63,783 bases of DNA, filler included, from Chiloscyllium plagiosum (GCF_004010195.1; 4 parts of one record of this genome joined end to end with filler, not necessarily neighbours in it); one strand, 5' to 3'. Shown: positions 51,182 to 63,783, numbered from the whole stretch's first letter. Numbers and translations: made by a program. Notes: generated by a model from the sequence alone, not told the origin.

Positions 51182-51568
51182 ATGGCGCTAACATCTGTTG
51201 ACCATAAAAATCAGGACAAATCCAACTTGGCTAATTATTGCCCCAAACTCCCCCTCTGTCCACGCATCAATGAATTTAATACACGCCATGACATCGAACA
51301 CTTCTTCCGTCGCCTCCGCCTCCGAGCTTACTTTCACAATCAGGACTCCCGCCCACCTTCCGAGGACCCCTTCGCCCACCTCCAACACACTGCATCCACC
51401 TGGACACCCCGCGCTGGCCTATTACCTGCCCTCGACCCCTTCATTTCCAACTGCCGCCGGGACATTAACCGCCTCAACCTGTCTACCCCCCTCCCCCACT
51501 CCAACCTCTCACCCTCACAACGCGCAGCCCTCCAATCCCAACCTCACCATCAAGCCAGTGGATAAAGG

Positions 51569-51668
51569 NNNNNNNNNNNNNNNNNNNNNNNNNNNNNNNN
51601 NNNNNNNNNNNNTTAATTAATTAANNNNNNNNNNNNNNNNNNNNNNNNNNNNNNNNNNNNNNNNNNNN
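51569..51668. other. Artificial 100-nt spacer
   Basis: 44 N + TTAATTAATTAA + 44 N. Confidence 0.97.
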
Positions 51669-51753
51669 ATCCATTGTACTCTATGCTACTTTCTCCCCAC
51701 CCCCACCCTCCTCTAGCTTATCTCTCCACGCTCCAGGCTCACTGCCTTTATTC

Positions 51754-51781
51754 CTGATGAAGGGCTTTTGCCCGAAACGTC
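51754..51781 (+). ncRNA. Minimal type I hammerhead ribozyme motif in the PLE terminal repeat
   Basis: CUGAUGA-A-GGGC-UUUU-GCCC-GAAA-C-GUC: full core, 4-bp GC stem II, palindromic ACGU stem III, GUC cleavage triplet. Confidence 0.8.
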
Positions 51782-53207
51782 GATTTCAAAGCTCCTTGGA
51801 TGCTGCCTGAACTGCTGTGCTCTTCCAGCACCACTAATCCAGAAACAACTTTATTACTGTGTAATCTGCCTGCCTCTAAATCTCCTCCTTCTGAGGTGCC
51901 ATAATATCAGCCAGGACCACCTTTGTTTATGTGGCTTTGACTGCCCATATCATGCTTTGGGCAAGTTGGTGGAAAACTCTCATACAGATTTCAATGTAAG
52001 TACCTGTTTGGCATTTATAGCATCATAGAGTCATAGATCCATAAAGCGCAGACACAGACCCTTTAGCCCAACACTGCACAGGTCTCTCATATAAACTTTG
52101 CAATCATTGCGCAATAATAAGATTTTCTTACATCCACGCAGAATGTCATAAAGACACAACACACTAAATTATTTGTTGAATGTAGTGAAACATAAAGCAA
52201 CAGTAGAAAGATCATCAGTATCACTCCAGTTTGAACACACTCTAGATTGCTATGTTGCTATTTAACCATGACAAAATAAACCTAATTAAAACAAAATAAA
52301 AACACCAAGTGAAATCTGGCAGTGCTAGCAAAATCAACTTCCAATTTGATTTACATTGTTGTTAGTGTACAGAATGGGGAGTGTATGAATGGCTATCTAA
52401 CTGAATTGAATAGAATCAAATGTTCCAAAGCAGGTCAAATGTTGCTTTCATTCACAACTGTATATGATTGCCAAGTGTTAAAGCATATTGTACAATGTGT
52501 GGTTGTAATTAACTGCTGAAACTACCGTTACCCCTGAGATTGAGCAATTTTCTGCTCAATAATAACTGGGCTAGGAAACTACTTACATGCTAATGATATG
52601 GTCCTGGATTATTTATCATCCTCATACCAAATATTTAAAATTTTCCACTACTTGTCAAAGATAGCATCTGTTTCTGTCGACTTACAACAATTACATTTGC
52701 TGCAATGACTTAAAGAAGTTGGCCATTTATTAAAAGGGTAGTTCATCTGCTTTCTCAAATCATCTAATATGTTATAAAGTGATATAGTTGACTCTTCCTC
52801 TGCATATTATTTCTTCTGAAGATTGTAATACAAGCCTGAATAAATTTCACAGTACAATTGATAATCATGTTAAGTTTCATTGTGTTTATCAATGTGCTCT
52901 TCAACTTTGGCCACCATCATAGCCTCACGTAATCTGGGCTCTCACAATATGAGGTGATAGCATTGAGCAAACAGCATGCACAAAGGGAAGAGGACAGTGG
53001 ACCAGCGATAGCTTCTTGGGTTACTCTGCAATGTAATCATACAAGATTGAAAGGAAAGCCCTTAGTGAAATTGCACTATTTGCATTCAGAGTCTACCAGG
53101 CTAGTCCCACTGGATTATACCAAGTGGATGATTTTACTACATGCCAACAGGGGGGAGGGTTGGATATATTTACCGTGGTTACAGCAAATGTCATTCATTA
53201 TCTTGAA

Positions 53208-53740
53208 CAAAGTTAGAAATTACACAACAGGCGGTTATAATCCAACAGGTTTATTTGGAAGCACTAGCTTCATCAGGTAGCTAGTGGGGCAGGATTATAG
53301 GACACAGAATTTATAGCAAAAGATCAAAGTGTCATGTACTGTATTGAACAAACCTAGATTGCTATTAAGTCTTTCATTTTTTAGAATGGGTTGTAGGTTT
53401 CGATTCAGCAATATGTAAATCCCAGAACTTCTTTCAAGTCACAATCCCAAGGTAATTTAAGGTTTTATAAAAAAAGGTGACATCTCAGCTCAGACAATGC
53501 ATTAAAGGTGTGAGCAAAGTTAAAAATCACATAACACCAGGTTATAGTCCAAGAGATTTATTTGGAAGTATAAGCTTTCAGATCATTGCTCCTTCATCAG
53601 GTAGCAAATGAAGGTTACATCCCTTAAAGGTGTGAGGTTAGAATCTGTCTATATTCCAGTCTTGGGTGAGACTGGTTCTATTTCCAAAGTAGGAATTGAT
53701 GAAATGTCACATGGATTGACTGCCTGCAGATTGTATGTTA
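53208..53740 (-). mobile_element. Family B PLE terminal repeats in partial tandem
   Basis: Two direct copies of aaagttaaaaatcac...tttatttggaag...cttcatcaggtagc at about 53208 and 53515; hammerhead core on the minus strand at 53572-53600. Confidence 0.8.
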
Positions 53741-53744
53741 TTCA

Positions 53745-55200
53745 ACAGTGGATATTGTCTACATGGATTTTAATAGGTTTTTTGACAAGGTCCCTCATGG
53801 TAGGCTTATCCAGAAGATTGAGATGCACAGTGACTTGGCAATGTGGATTCAGAATTGGCTTGCTCAGAGAAGACAGAGGGTAGTAGTGGAAGGCTGGAGA
53901 TCCATGACTACGGTGTACTGCAGGGATCTGTGTTGGGACTTCTGCTGCTTGTGATATATGTAAATGATTTGGAGATGGGAGGGTTAGTAAGTTTGCAGAT
54001 GATACAAAGATTGGTGGATTTGTGGATAGTGTAAGAGGTTTTCAAAGGATACAATGGGTTCAGTTGCAGATATGGGCAGCGAAATGGAAGATGGAGTTTA
54101 ATCTGGGTACGTGTGAGGTGCTGCACTTTGGGAGATCAAATAGTAAAGAAAAATTTACAGATAATAGGAAGATCCTAAATAGCATTGATATACAAGAGGG
54201 ACCTTGGGATTCAAATCCATAGCTCCCTGTAAATGGTCACTCAAGTAGATAGTATGGTAAACAAATAGTATGGCATGTTTGCCGTTATTGGTCAGGGAAT
54301 TGAGTACAAGAGTTAGGATGTCATGTTGCACCTTTATAAGACTTTGAGTAGGCCACACTTAGATTATTGCATTTAATTCTGATCACCACATTACAGGAAG
54401 GATGTAGAGGCTTTGGAGAGGGTGCAGAAGAGATTTACCAGGATGCTGACTGGATTAGAGGATATGAACTTTAAGGAGAGGTGAGAAAAACTCAAGTTGA
54501 TTTTCTGGAGCAGCAGGGGCTGCAGGGAGACTTGATGGAACTCTATAAAATTATGAGATTTGTAGATAGGGTTGATGGTCATAATCTTTTTCCCAGAATT
54601 GAAATGTCTAATACTCAGGGACATGCATTTAAGGTGAAAGGGGAAAAGTTCAAAGGGGAAAAGGGTGGCAGGGTGGTTCAGTGGTTGGCACTGCTGCCTC
54701 ATAACATCAGGGACCCAGGTTCGATTCCCACCTTGGACGACTCTCTGTATGGAATTTGCACATTCTCCCTGTGTCTGTGTGGGTTTCCTCTACGTGTCTG
54801 GTATCCTCCCACAATCTGAAGATGTGCAGGCCAGGTGAATTGGTCATACTCAATTGCCCATAGGTAGGTGCATTAGTCAGGGGTAAATATAGGGTAGGTA
54901 AATGGGTTTGGGTGGGTTACTCTTCGAAGGGTCAGTATGGACTTGTGGGCTGAAGAGCCTGTTTCCATACTGTAGGTAATCTAATCTGAGACATGAGGGA
55001 CACACTCAACAGACAGTGTTAGGAGTCTAACACTGCCAAGGGTGATGATTGAGGCAGATACAACAGGGGTATTAAAAGGATTTTTAGATAAGCACATGAA
55101 TATGGAAGGAATGGAGTGATATGACCAAGGGCAGACAGAAGGGATCGTTTCATTTGGCATCATGCCAGCACAACATCATGTGTTATAGTGTTCTCTGTTC
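53745..55200 (+). mobile_element. Decayed CR1, RT to 3' end, interrupted by HE1
   Basis: DIVYMDFNRFFDKVPHGRL and QGSVLG motifs. Confidence 0.88.
54662..54986 (+). mobile_element. HE1 V-SINE
   Basis: A and B boxes (GGTTCGATTCC), V-core, TAATC tail. Confidence 0.9.
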
Positions 55201-56049
55201 CATCTCATGTATGGTAGAAATTATTACTAATATGTAATAAACAGAGTTCTAAAGGAATCCAATGCTGAATGTTGACCTTGCCTTCTCCTCAACCAGTTTG
55301 TCTTGAACCCAAACTCATAGATGTGGGCAGAAAGTAACATGGCAAAAGAGTTTGCATTGTTAGAAACAGAAACAGAAAGTAGGAACAGGAATAGGCCATT
55401 TAGCCCTTCAAGCCTGCTTTACCACTCAGTAAATGGTAAAGCAGGCTTATTTTACTGGGTTGCTCTATACAATACTCACTTAGATGAGTGCAATGAACCA
55501 TACATAAGAAGCTTGACACCATCCAGGACAGCCTTCTTCATTGGCACCACATTAAGATTCACTCGCTCCATCACCGACACTCAGTAGCAGCAGTGTGTAC
55601 TATCTACAAAATGCACTGTAGAAATTAATCAAAGTCCTTAGATGTAATTTCTTCTGTCTAGAAGGACAAAGCCAATAGATGCATGGGAAGATCATTACCT
55701 GCAAGCTCCCCTCCAAGCCACATACCATCCTGACTTGCAAATGTATTGCTATTCCTTCAATGTCACTGGGTCAAAATTCTGGAATTTTCTTCCTATGGGT
55801 CGACTTGCAGCCTCTTGCAAGGACTGTTCCCTCCGGAACACCCTGGTCCACTTCTCCTTCACTCCCAACACTGCCCACAGTCCCATTGCACCATTTCCTA
55901 CGTCTGCAGAAAGTGTAACACCTGCCATAGAAACACAGAAATATAGAAAATAGGTTCAGATGTAGGCCATTCAGTCCTTCGAGGCTGCACCACCCTTCAA
56001 TACGATCATGGCTGGATCAATATGATCAGTAGCTCTGATTTCCACAATC

Positions 56050-57312
56050 ATGAATGCTTTGAGAGGCTGGTCATGGCCCACATCAACTCTAGCCTGCCTC
56101 GATCCTCTACAATTTATCTACTGATATAACAGGTCCACAGTAGACACCATATCCCTAGTCCTACCGCATTCCTGGAATATCCGGACAACAAGGACACCTA
56201 TGTTAGACGCCTGCTCATTGACTAAAGTTTGCCTTCAACATCATCATGCCTTCTACACTGATCTCAAAACTCCAAGACCTAGGTCTTGGTTCTGGTCTCT
56301 GCAAATGGAACCTCAGCTTTCTGACTCACAGACCACAGTCAAGGAAAATAAGCAACTGCACCACAATAACACTCAACACTGGAGCCCCCCAAGGACACAT
56401 CTTCAGTCGCCTTCTGTATTCCCTGTACACTGATGACTGTGTGTTGTCAAATTCTGAATGAATACCATCTACAAGGTTGTTGACTACACCACTGTGGTAA
56501 GATGGATAGCAAATAACGATGAGTCCGAATACAGAAAGGAGATCGAGAGCTTGATCACGTGGTGCAATGACAGCATACTCTCTCTCAATGTCAGCAAAAC
56601 TAAAGAACTGATCATTGACTTCAGACAGAGAGGAGAAGAACACGCCCCCATCTACATCACTGGAGATGAGGTTGAGATGGTTGGGAGCGTCAAGCTCCAA
56701 GGAGTGATGATAACTGACAACCTGTTCTGCACTTCTCACGTAGATGCAACTGTCAAGACGACATAACAACGCCTCTTCTTCCTCAGGCTGCTTGGGAAAT
56801 TTGGCATGTCCATAAGTACCCTCACCAACTGTTACAGATCTACCATTGAAAGCATACTGTCTGCGTGCATAAAGGCCTGGTACAGCAACTGCTCTGCCTG
56901 GGACCGTAAGAAAATACAGAAGGCTGTTTGCACGGCATAGACCATCATGGAAGCCAAGCTCCTATCCATGACTTTATTTGCAAAGTCAACATCATCAAAT
57001 ACCCTTCCCACATCGGTAATGAATTCCTCCAACCTCTTCCGTCAGGCAGAAGACACAGAAGCTTGCATACAGTCACCAATAGATTCAAGAACAGCTTCTT
57101 CCCTGCCATTAGTAAATTGATGAATGAACATTCTAACTTCAAATATTGCTGATCTTGCCTAGTGCATGTTCTGTATGATATAGCCTGTATGCCTCTGACC
57201 AAGTTTTACTTTCACCCTATGCTCTGTATGTTCCTTGCTTGCTCTGATCTGTCTGCACTGCTTGTAAATAAAGTTTTTCAATGTAGTTAGGCAGATGTGA
57301 TAATAAATAAAA
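56050..57312 (+). mobile_element. Rex1/Babar-type LINE, decayed RT to 3' end
   Basis: [56 protein letters not shown] and RFKNSFFP motifs. Confidence 0.88.
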
Positions 57313-60300
57313 TCAAGAAGGCGATCATGCAATTTCCATAACCCATTACCACTTTCTCTCCATACCCTTTGATCACTATAACCGTAAGGACCATGTCGAG
57401 CTCCCTTTTGAATATTTCTAATGAACTTGCTGCAACAGCTTCCTGTGAGAGAGAATTCCACAGGTTCACAACTCTCTGAGTGAAGAAATTCTTCCTCATC
57501 TCAGTCCTGAATGGCTTACCACTTACTCTTAGACTGTGACCCTTTGTCCTTGACCTCCCCAACATCAAAAACATTCTTCCCGCATCTAGCCTGTCCAAGT
57601 CCCATCAGAATTTTCTATGTTTCTATGGGATTCCCCCTCATTCTTCAAAATTCCAGTGGGCACAAGCCCAATTGATCCATTCTTTCCTCGTATGTCAGTT
57701 CCGTCATCCCGGGAATCGATCTGGTGATCCTTCGCTGGACTCCCTCAATTGCATAAAACACAGAACATTACAACACAGTCCAGGCCCTGAATGTCCTTCC
57801 TCAGTTTAGGAGACCAAAACTGCACAAGATATTCAAGGTGTGGCCTCACCAGGGCCCTGTATAACTGCAGCAAGACGTCCCTACTCCTTTACTCAAATCC
57901 TCTCACATGCCATTAGCTTTCCTCACTGCCTGCTGCACCTGCATGCCAACCTTCAGTGAGTATTCCACCAGGTTTCGTTGCACCTCACTTTTTCCTAAAC
58001 TGGTACCATTCAGAAAATAATCTGCTTTCCTGTTTTTATGACCTCAGTGGATAACCTCACATTTATCCACATTATATTGCATTGGCCAAGTATTTGCCTA
58101 CTCAGCCAGCATCAAGAAATCCTGCAATGTCTTAGCCTCCTCCTCACAGCAAACATTGCCACCCAGCTGAGTGTCATCTGCAGATTTGGAGATACTGCAT
58201 TCAATTCCTTCATCCAAATCATTAATGTATATTGTGGACAGCTGGGGTCCCAGCACTGAACCCTGCGGCACCTCACTCATCACAGCCTGCCACTCTGAAA
58301 AGGACTTGTTTATTCCAATGCTCTACTTCCTGTCTGCTAACCAATTCTCTATCTGTGTCAATACATTACCCCTGATACCATGAGCTTTAATTTTCCTTCC
58401 TAATCTCTTGTGTGGAATCTTGTCAAAAGTCTTTTGAAATTCTAGATGCACCACATCTACTGATTCACCCTTGTCCACTCTACTGGTCACATCCTCAAAA
58501 AATTCCAGAAGATTTATCAAGCTTGATTTCCTTTTAGTGAATCCATGCTGACTAGAACCGATTCTGTCACCTCTTTCCAAATGCTCAGTTATCACATCCT
58601 TAATAATAGACTGCAGCATTTTCCCTCCCACTGATGTCAGGCTAACCAGCCTATAATTGCCTATTTTCTCTGACCCCTCCTTTTTTAAAGAGTGGGCATA
58701 CCTTAGTAACCCTCCAGCCCATTGGAACTCTTTCAGTGTCTATAGAATGCTGGAAAATGATTACCAATGCATCTGCTATTTCTAATGCCACTTCCTGAAG
58801 TACTCTGGGATGCAGAGCACCAGGCCCTGGGGACTTATTGGGTTTAAATTCCATCAATTTCCCCAATATCATTTCCTGACTAAGAAGGAGTTCCTTCTGT
58901 TCCTCCTTCATTCTTGACCCCATGTCCCCTAGCATAAGGAAGGGCTATTTGTGTCCTCCTTAGTAAAGACAAATCCAGATTATTTGTTCAGTTGGTCTGC
59001 CATCCTTTTGTTGTCCATTATGAATTCATCTGATTCTACCTGCAAGTGACCTACATTTATCTTCACCAGTCTTTTTCTCTTCACAGGTCTATAGAAGATT
59101 TGCAGTCAATTTTCATGTTTTCGACAAGCTTCCTTTCATAATTTATTTTCCCGTTCTGAAATAAACTCTTTGTCCTCCCCTGATATAGTTTAAATTTCTT
59201 CCAATCCTCAGGCTTGCTGCCTTTTCTGGCCAATTTATATGCCTCCCCTGTAGCTTTAACACTATCTCTGATTTCCCTTGTTAGCCATGGTTGAGCCACC
59301 TTCCCTGTTTTACTCTTATGCCAGACAGGGATGTACAATTGTTGAAATTCATCCATGTATTCTTAAAATGTCTGCCATTGTCTATCCACCGTCAACCCTT
59401 TAAGTATCCTTGACCAGTTTATCTTAGCCAATGCATGCTTCCTATCATGAAAGTTAGCTTTCTTTAAGTTCTGGATCTTAGTCTCAGATTTAACTGTGCC
59501 TCTCTCCACCTTAATGAAGAATTCTGCCATATATGGTCACTCTCCTTCAAAGGATCTCGCACTACAATGCTGCTAATTAATCCTCTCTCATTACAGAATA
59601 CTCAGTCTAGGATGTCTCACTCTCTGGTAGGTTTGTCAACATATTGGTCGAGGAAACTGTTCGTCTTACATTTCAGGAAACCTTCTCCATTGCATTGCTA
59701 CCAGGTCGGTTAGTCCAATTAATTTGTAGATTGAAGTCACCCATAATAATTGCTTTACCCTTACTGCATACATCTCTAATTTTCTATTTGATGCCTAACC
59801 TCATGACTACCCTGTTTACTAGCCTGTATACAACTCCCACTAATGTCTTTCCCCCTTTGATGTTCTGCTGCTTCACTCATACAGATTCCACATTGTCCAG
59901 GCTAATGTTCTCCCTTATCATCTCCTTAACCAGCAATGCTAACCCGACTCCCCTTCATTTTCATCTATCTTTCCTGAACATTGAATATCCCTGGATGTTG
60001 AATTCCCGTCCTTGCTCACCCTGGAGCCAGGTCTCTGTGATCAAAATTACATCATAATCATTAATAATTGTCTACACAGTTAATTTGTCCACCTTATTAC
60101 AAATGCTCCTCACATTGAGACACAGAGATTCAGGATCTTTTTTTGACACTTATTGCCCTTTTAGAATCATGGTGTAATGTGGCCCTTTTTGGTTTTTGGA
60201 TTTAGTATCTCCGTCTTCTAATTTCAATTTTCCCCTTACTGTATTTTGGTTCTGTTCCCTCTTTACTTCTCTCCAACTTCCTGCATTGGTTCCCAACCCC

Positions 60301-60870
60301 CTGCCATATTAGTTTAAATCCTCCTCAATAGCACTAGCAAACAGTCCTGCCCAGGTGCAGGCTGTCTGGTTTGAACTGGTTCCAATGTCCCAGGAATTTG
60401 AATCCCTCCCTCTTGCACCATCCTTTAAGCTACAAATTAACCTTACCTATCCTGCCATTCCTATTCTGACTAGTATGTGGCACTGATAGCAATCCCATGT
60501 TTACCATCTTTGAGTCCTAATTTTTAGTTTAACTCCTAAACCTAGTTTGTCAGACATTATCCCATTTTTAGCGATACTGTTGGTGCCTATATGTACCACG
60601 ACAGCTGGCTGTTCACCATCCTTCCCACCGGAGAATGTCCTGCAGCCATTCCGAGACATCCTTGCCCCTTCACCAGAAAGGCAACATGCCACCCTGGGAT
60701 CTCATTTGTGGCTGTGGTTGACATCTAGTGTTATTCAATTCATCTTACAATTGAATCCCCTATCACTAAAGCTCTGCCAATCTTTTCCTTGCCCTCCTGT
60801 GCAGCAGAGGTAGCCATGGTGCCATGAACATGGGTGCAGAAACCTTCCCCTGGTGAGCCAAAACCCACTA
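57313..60870 (-). mobile_element. Near full-length decayed CR1 (ORF1 esterase, endonuclease, RT, 3' end)
   Basis: QPAVVVHIGTN (ORF1 SGNH-like) at 60501-60692; KSPGPGALHPRVL, QHGFTKRKSSLINL, PQGSVLGP and FFTQRVVNLWNSL in collinear order. Confidence 0.9.
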
Positions 60871-60877
60871 GCAGTAT

Positions 60878-61133
60878 AGACAATAGACAATAGACAATAG
60901 GTGCAGGAGTAGGCCATTCAGCCCTTCAAGCCTGCACCGCCATTCAATATAATCATGGCTGATCATTCCTAATCAGTATCCTGTTCCTGCCTTATCTCCA
61001 TAACCCTTGATTCCACTATCTTTGAGAGCTCTATCCAACTCCTTCTTAAATGAATCCAGAGAGTGGGCCTCCACTGCCCCCTGTGGCAGAGCATTCCACA
61101 CAGCCACCACTCTCTGGGTGAAGAAGTTTCTCC
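60878..61133 (-). mobile_element. Young CR1 3' end
   Basis: (CTATTGT)3 tail and RNFFTQRVVAVWNALP on the minus strand; runs into the spacer. Confidence 0.9.
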
Positions 61134-61233
61134 NNNNNNNNNNNNNNNNNNNNNNNNNNNNNNNNNNNNNNNNNNNNTTAATTAATTAANNNNNNNNNNN
61201 NNNNNNNNNNNNNNNNNNNNNNNNNNNNNNNNN
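61134..61233. other. Artificial 100-nt spacer
   Basis: 44 N + TTAATTAATTAA + 44 N. Confidence 0.97.
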
Positions 61234-61433
61234 CTCCCCCGCACACTCTAACACTGCCCCCGCGCCCCCAAGCCTGGACTGACCCGGCAGCACGTTTAAT
61301 CACTGTAAACAAATGACACGGTAAGTGTCGGACACACGTCTTTGATGTAATGTGTCTGTTGGGATCTCAAGATGTCCTGCGGAATATCCAATTTTTGGAT
61401 AATTGGTATTCGGATAATCGAGGTTCCTCTGTA
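61234..61433. mobile_element. End of a Tigger/pogo-like DNA transposon
   Basis: Terminus reads TA-CAGAGGAACCTCGATTATCCGAA on the minus strand, with subterminal GGATAAT repeats; the other end is not visible. Confidence 0.7.
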
Positions 61434-61638
61434 TTTAAAGAAGCTTTTATCTCCCTCGACTGTCCCGGCAGCACCTTTAATCACTGTAAACAAATGACAC
61501 GGTAAGTGTCGGACACATGTCTTTGATGTAATGTGTCTGTTGGGATCTCAAGATGTCCTGCGGAAAATCCAATTTTTGGATAATTGGTATTCGGATAATC
61601 GAGATTCCTCTGTATTTAAAGAAGCTTTTATCTCCCTC
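61277..61638. repeat. 181-bp tandem duplication
   Basis: Copies 61277-61457 and 61458-61638 differ at about 5 positions. Confidence 0.95.
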
Positions 61639-61982
61639 ACAAGTTTGGTCTCATGGTTTATTTCCTCTCTCTTTATTAGTTTTCCCATCCTTCTTTGTTA
61701 GATTCTGCATTTATTCCAGTCCAAGGGGCTGTCACTCACTTTTGCGTCTTTATATGCCTTGTCTTTCAACTTGACACGCTCCTTAATTTCCTTGGTTAGC
61801 CATGATTGGTTTATCCCTCCCTTTGCATCTTTCCTCCTTAGTGAGATATTTTCAGAGAGTGCTTCACTGCTTGCTTACTGTCATTCCTGCTAATCCAGCC
61901 TCCAAGACCACTTTCACTAACTCCATCCTCATTTCACTGTAATTCCTTTTGTTTAAGTTCAACACAGTTGTTTCTCACCCAA

Positions 61983-62550
61983 GTCATAGAGTCATAGAGT
62001 CATAGAGATGTACAGCACAGAAACAGACCCTTCGGTCCAACCCGTCCATGCCGACCAGATATCCCAACTCAATCTACTCCCACCTGCCAGCGCCTGGCCC
62101 ATATCCCTCCAACCCCTTCCTATTCATATACCCATCCAGATGCCTCTTAAATTGTATCAGTCGCCACCACTTCCTCTGGCAGCTCATTCCATGCACGTAT
62201 CACCCTCTGTGTGAAAAAGTTGCCCCTTAGGTCCCTTTTATATCTTTCCCCTCTCACCCTAAACCTATGCCCTCTAGTTCTGGACTCCCCGACTCCAGGG
62301 AAAAGACCTTGTCTTATCCTATCCATGCCCCTCATAATTTTATAAACCTCTATAAGGTCACCCCTCAGCCTCCGACGCTCCAGGGAAAACAGCCCCAACC
62401 TGTTCAGCCTCTCCCTATAGCTCAAATCCTCCAACCCTGGCAACATCCTTTTCTGAACCCTTTCAAGTTTCACAACATCCTTTCTGTTGGAGGGAGACCA
62501 GAATCGCATGCAATATTCCAATAGTGGCCTCACTAATGTCCTGTGCAGCA
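61983..62550 (-). mobile_element. CR1 (HER1-like) 3' end nested in an older minus-strand CR1
   Basis: ORF 62147-62725 and (CTATGACT)3 tail; older CR1 sequence on both sides (61640-61980, 62550-62930). Confidence 0.93.
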
Positions 62551-63739
62551 GCATTTTCTCACACTCAAGCTGAATATTAAATCCTGTTACACTATGATAA
62601 CTACTTCCTAACGGATCTTCTACTGTCAGTTCATTGGTTAAATTGACCTCATTCCCTCTTGCCAGCTCCGAGTAAGCCTGTACCCCCGGTTGGCTCCATG
62701 TCATATTGTTCTTGGTGATAATCACTCATATTGTCTATGAATTCATTCCAACCCTTTCCAACTTGATTGACCCAATCAACATAAAGATTAAAGTCACCCT
62801 TACTCTATTCCTTTTATATGCTGCTATGATTTATTCATTTATAACATTTCCTCCAACATTACACTGTTTGGAGGTGTATTTGCTGCTTCTATCCACGTCT
62901 TCTTTCCCTGGCTCTTAGTCACATCGCCCTAAATAGGTTCTACAGACAATTTCCGTCATTTCAGATGTACCTAGACAGATACATGAATATGGACAGGGAG
63001 CAGAGGGATACAAATCCTTCAGAGACAGGCCACGGGTTTTGATGGAGGATCTGATTCGGCACAGGCTTGGAGGGCCGAAGGGCCTGTTCCTGTGCTGGGA
63101 GGTTTTTTTTGTGCTTTGTGACTGCTCCTCAGTCGTGTCCCGCTGGCTGGGGAAGGCCTGGGCGACGGAATGCGAGCTGCTTTATTTTCCTTTGCGGTCA
63201 GACAATGCTGCGAATTTTGGCAAACTCCCCACAATGCAGCGTTCTCGGGAGAGTGCTGTCGTCCCAGGGTCTGTTGTGGTTCAGGAATGTTGTGAGGAAA
63301 AGCGACAAGCCGGAGTGGCTTGGGAATGCCAACACTGTAAATAATGCCATGTGTATAAAAGCAAGTACTGAATCTTTGAATGGTATTTGTATAGGCCACA
63401 CCTGCCTGCGTGCATGTTTATTTAAGCTGCTGCAAATAGTTGTTATCGTATCATTCCAATTGTTTCCAAGATTAATTTGTTCGCGGCTAAATAAACATAA
63501 ATCTGAAATAAATACCTGTCATTCTAAACCTCCACCTCGTTCTTCATGTAACCTCTCTACTTTTGGGATGTTCCAGAACACAATTGGACAACCGTTTGGA
63601 TGCAAAACTGAGTTCAACAATTTCAGACAGTAATCCTTGCCTCGCTTTATTTCCTCTTGTTTGCATGTAACATACAAATTAGGAGCAGGAGGAGGCCATT
63701 CAGCCCCTCGAGCCTGTTCCACTATTCAATAGGATCATG

Positions 63740-63783
63740 ATTCGGAGATGCCAGTATTAGACTGGGGTGGACAAAGTTAAAAA
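63740..63783. mobile_element. Start of a family B PLE terminal element
   Basis: ggagatgccagtattagactggggtggacaaagttaaaaa matches 41676-41715. Confidence 0.75.

Larger units (their letters stand above)
51243..51845 (+). mobile_element. Penelope-like retroelement: ORF N-terminal part, gap, 3' terminal repeat
   Basis: PLCPRINEFNTRHDIEHFFRRLRLRAYF...SNLSPSQRAALQS...LTIKPVDKG (start of the PLE RT); family A 3' end after the spacer. Confidence 0.9.

Noticed and set aside
63067..63633. 188-aa ORF
   Set aside because: Starts at a non-ATG codon inside a CR1 3' tail, has no recognisable domain, and long ORFs overlap it in other frames.

Overview
Vertebrate, repeat-dominated DNA, inferred to be from a shark/elasmobranch because it carries HE1-type V-SINEs and HER1/CR1-type LINEs. 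No intact host gene is visible. Contents: many 5'-truncated CR1 LINEs of several subfamilies, Penelope-like element (PLE) fragments, short fold-back PLE derivatives with hammerhead-ribozyme cores and 9-15 bp target-site duplications (TSDs), tRNA-derived SINEs, a Rex1/Babar LINE, decayed PIF/Harbinger genes, pogo/Tigger-type DNA transposon remnants and a ~43 bp minisatellite. The most notable items are (i) a stop-free QRICH1 coding fragment between two CR1 pieces, which looks partly spliced, and (ii) three families of ribozyme-bearing hairpin PLE derivatives. Three 100-nt N spacers containing TTAATTAATTAA are artificial joins. All family assignments come from recalled motifs, not database searches. 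Boundaries of old repeats are approximate.
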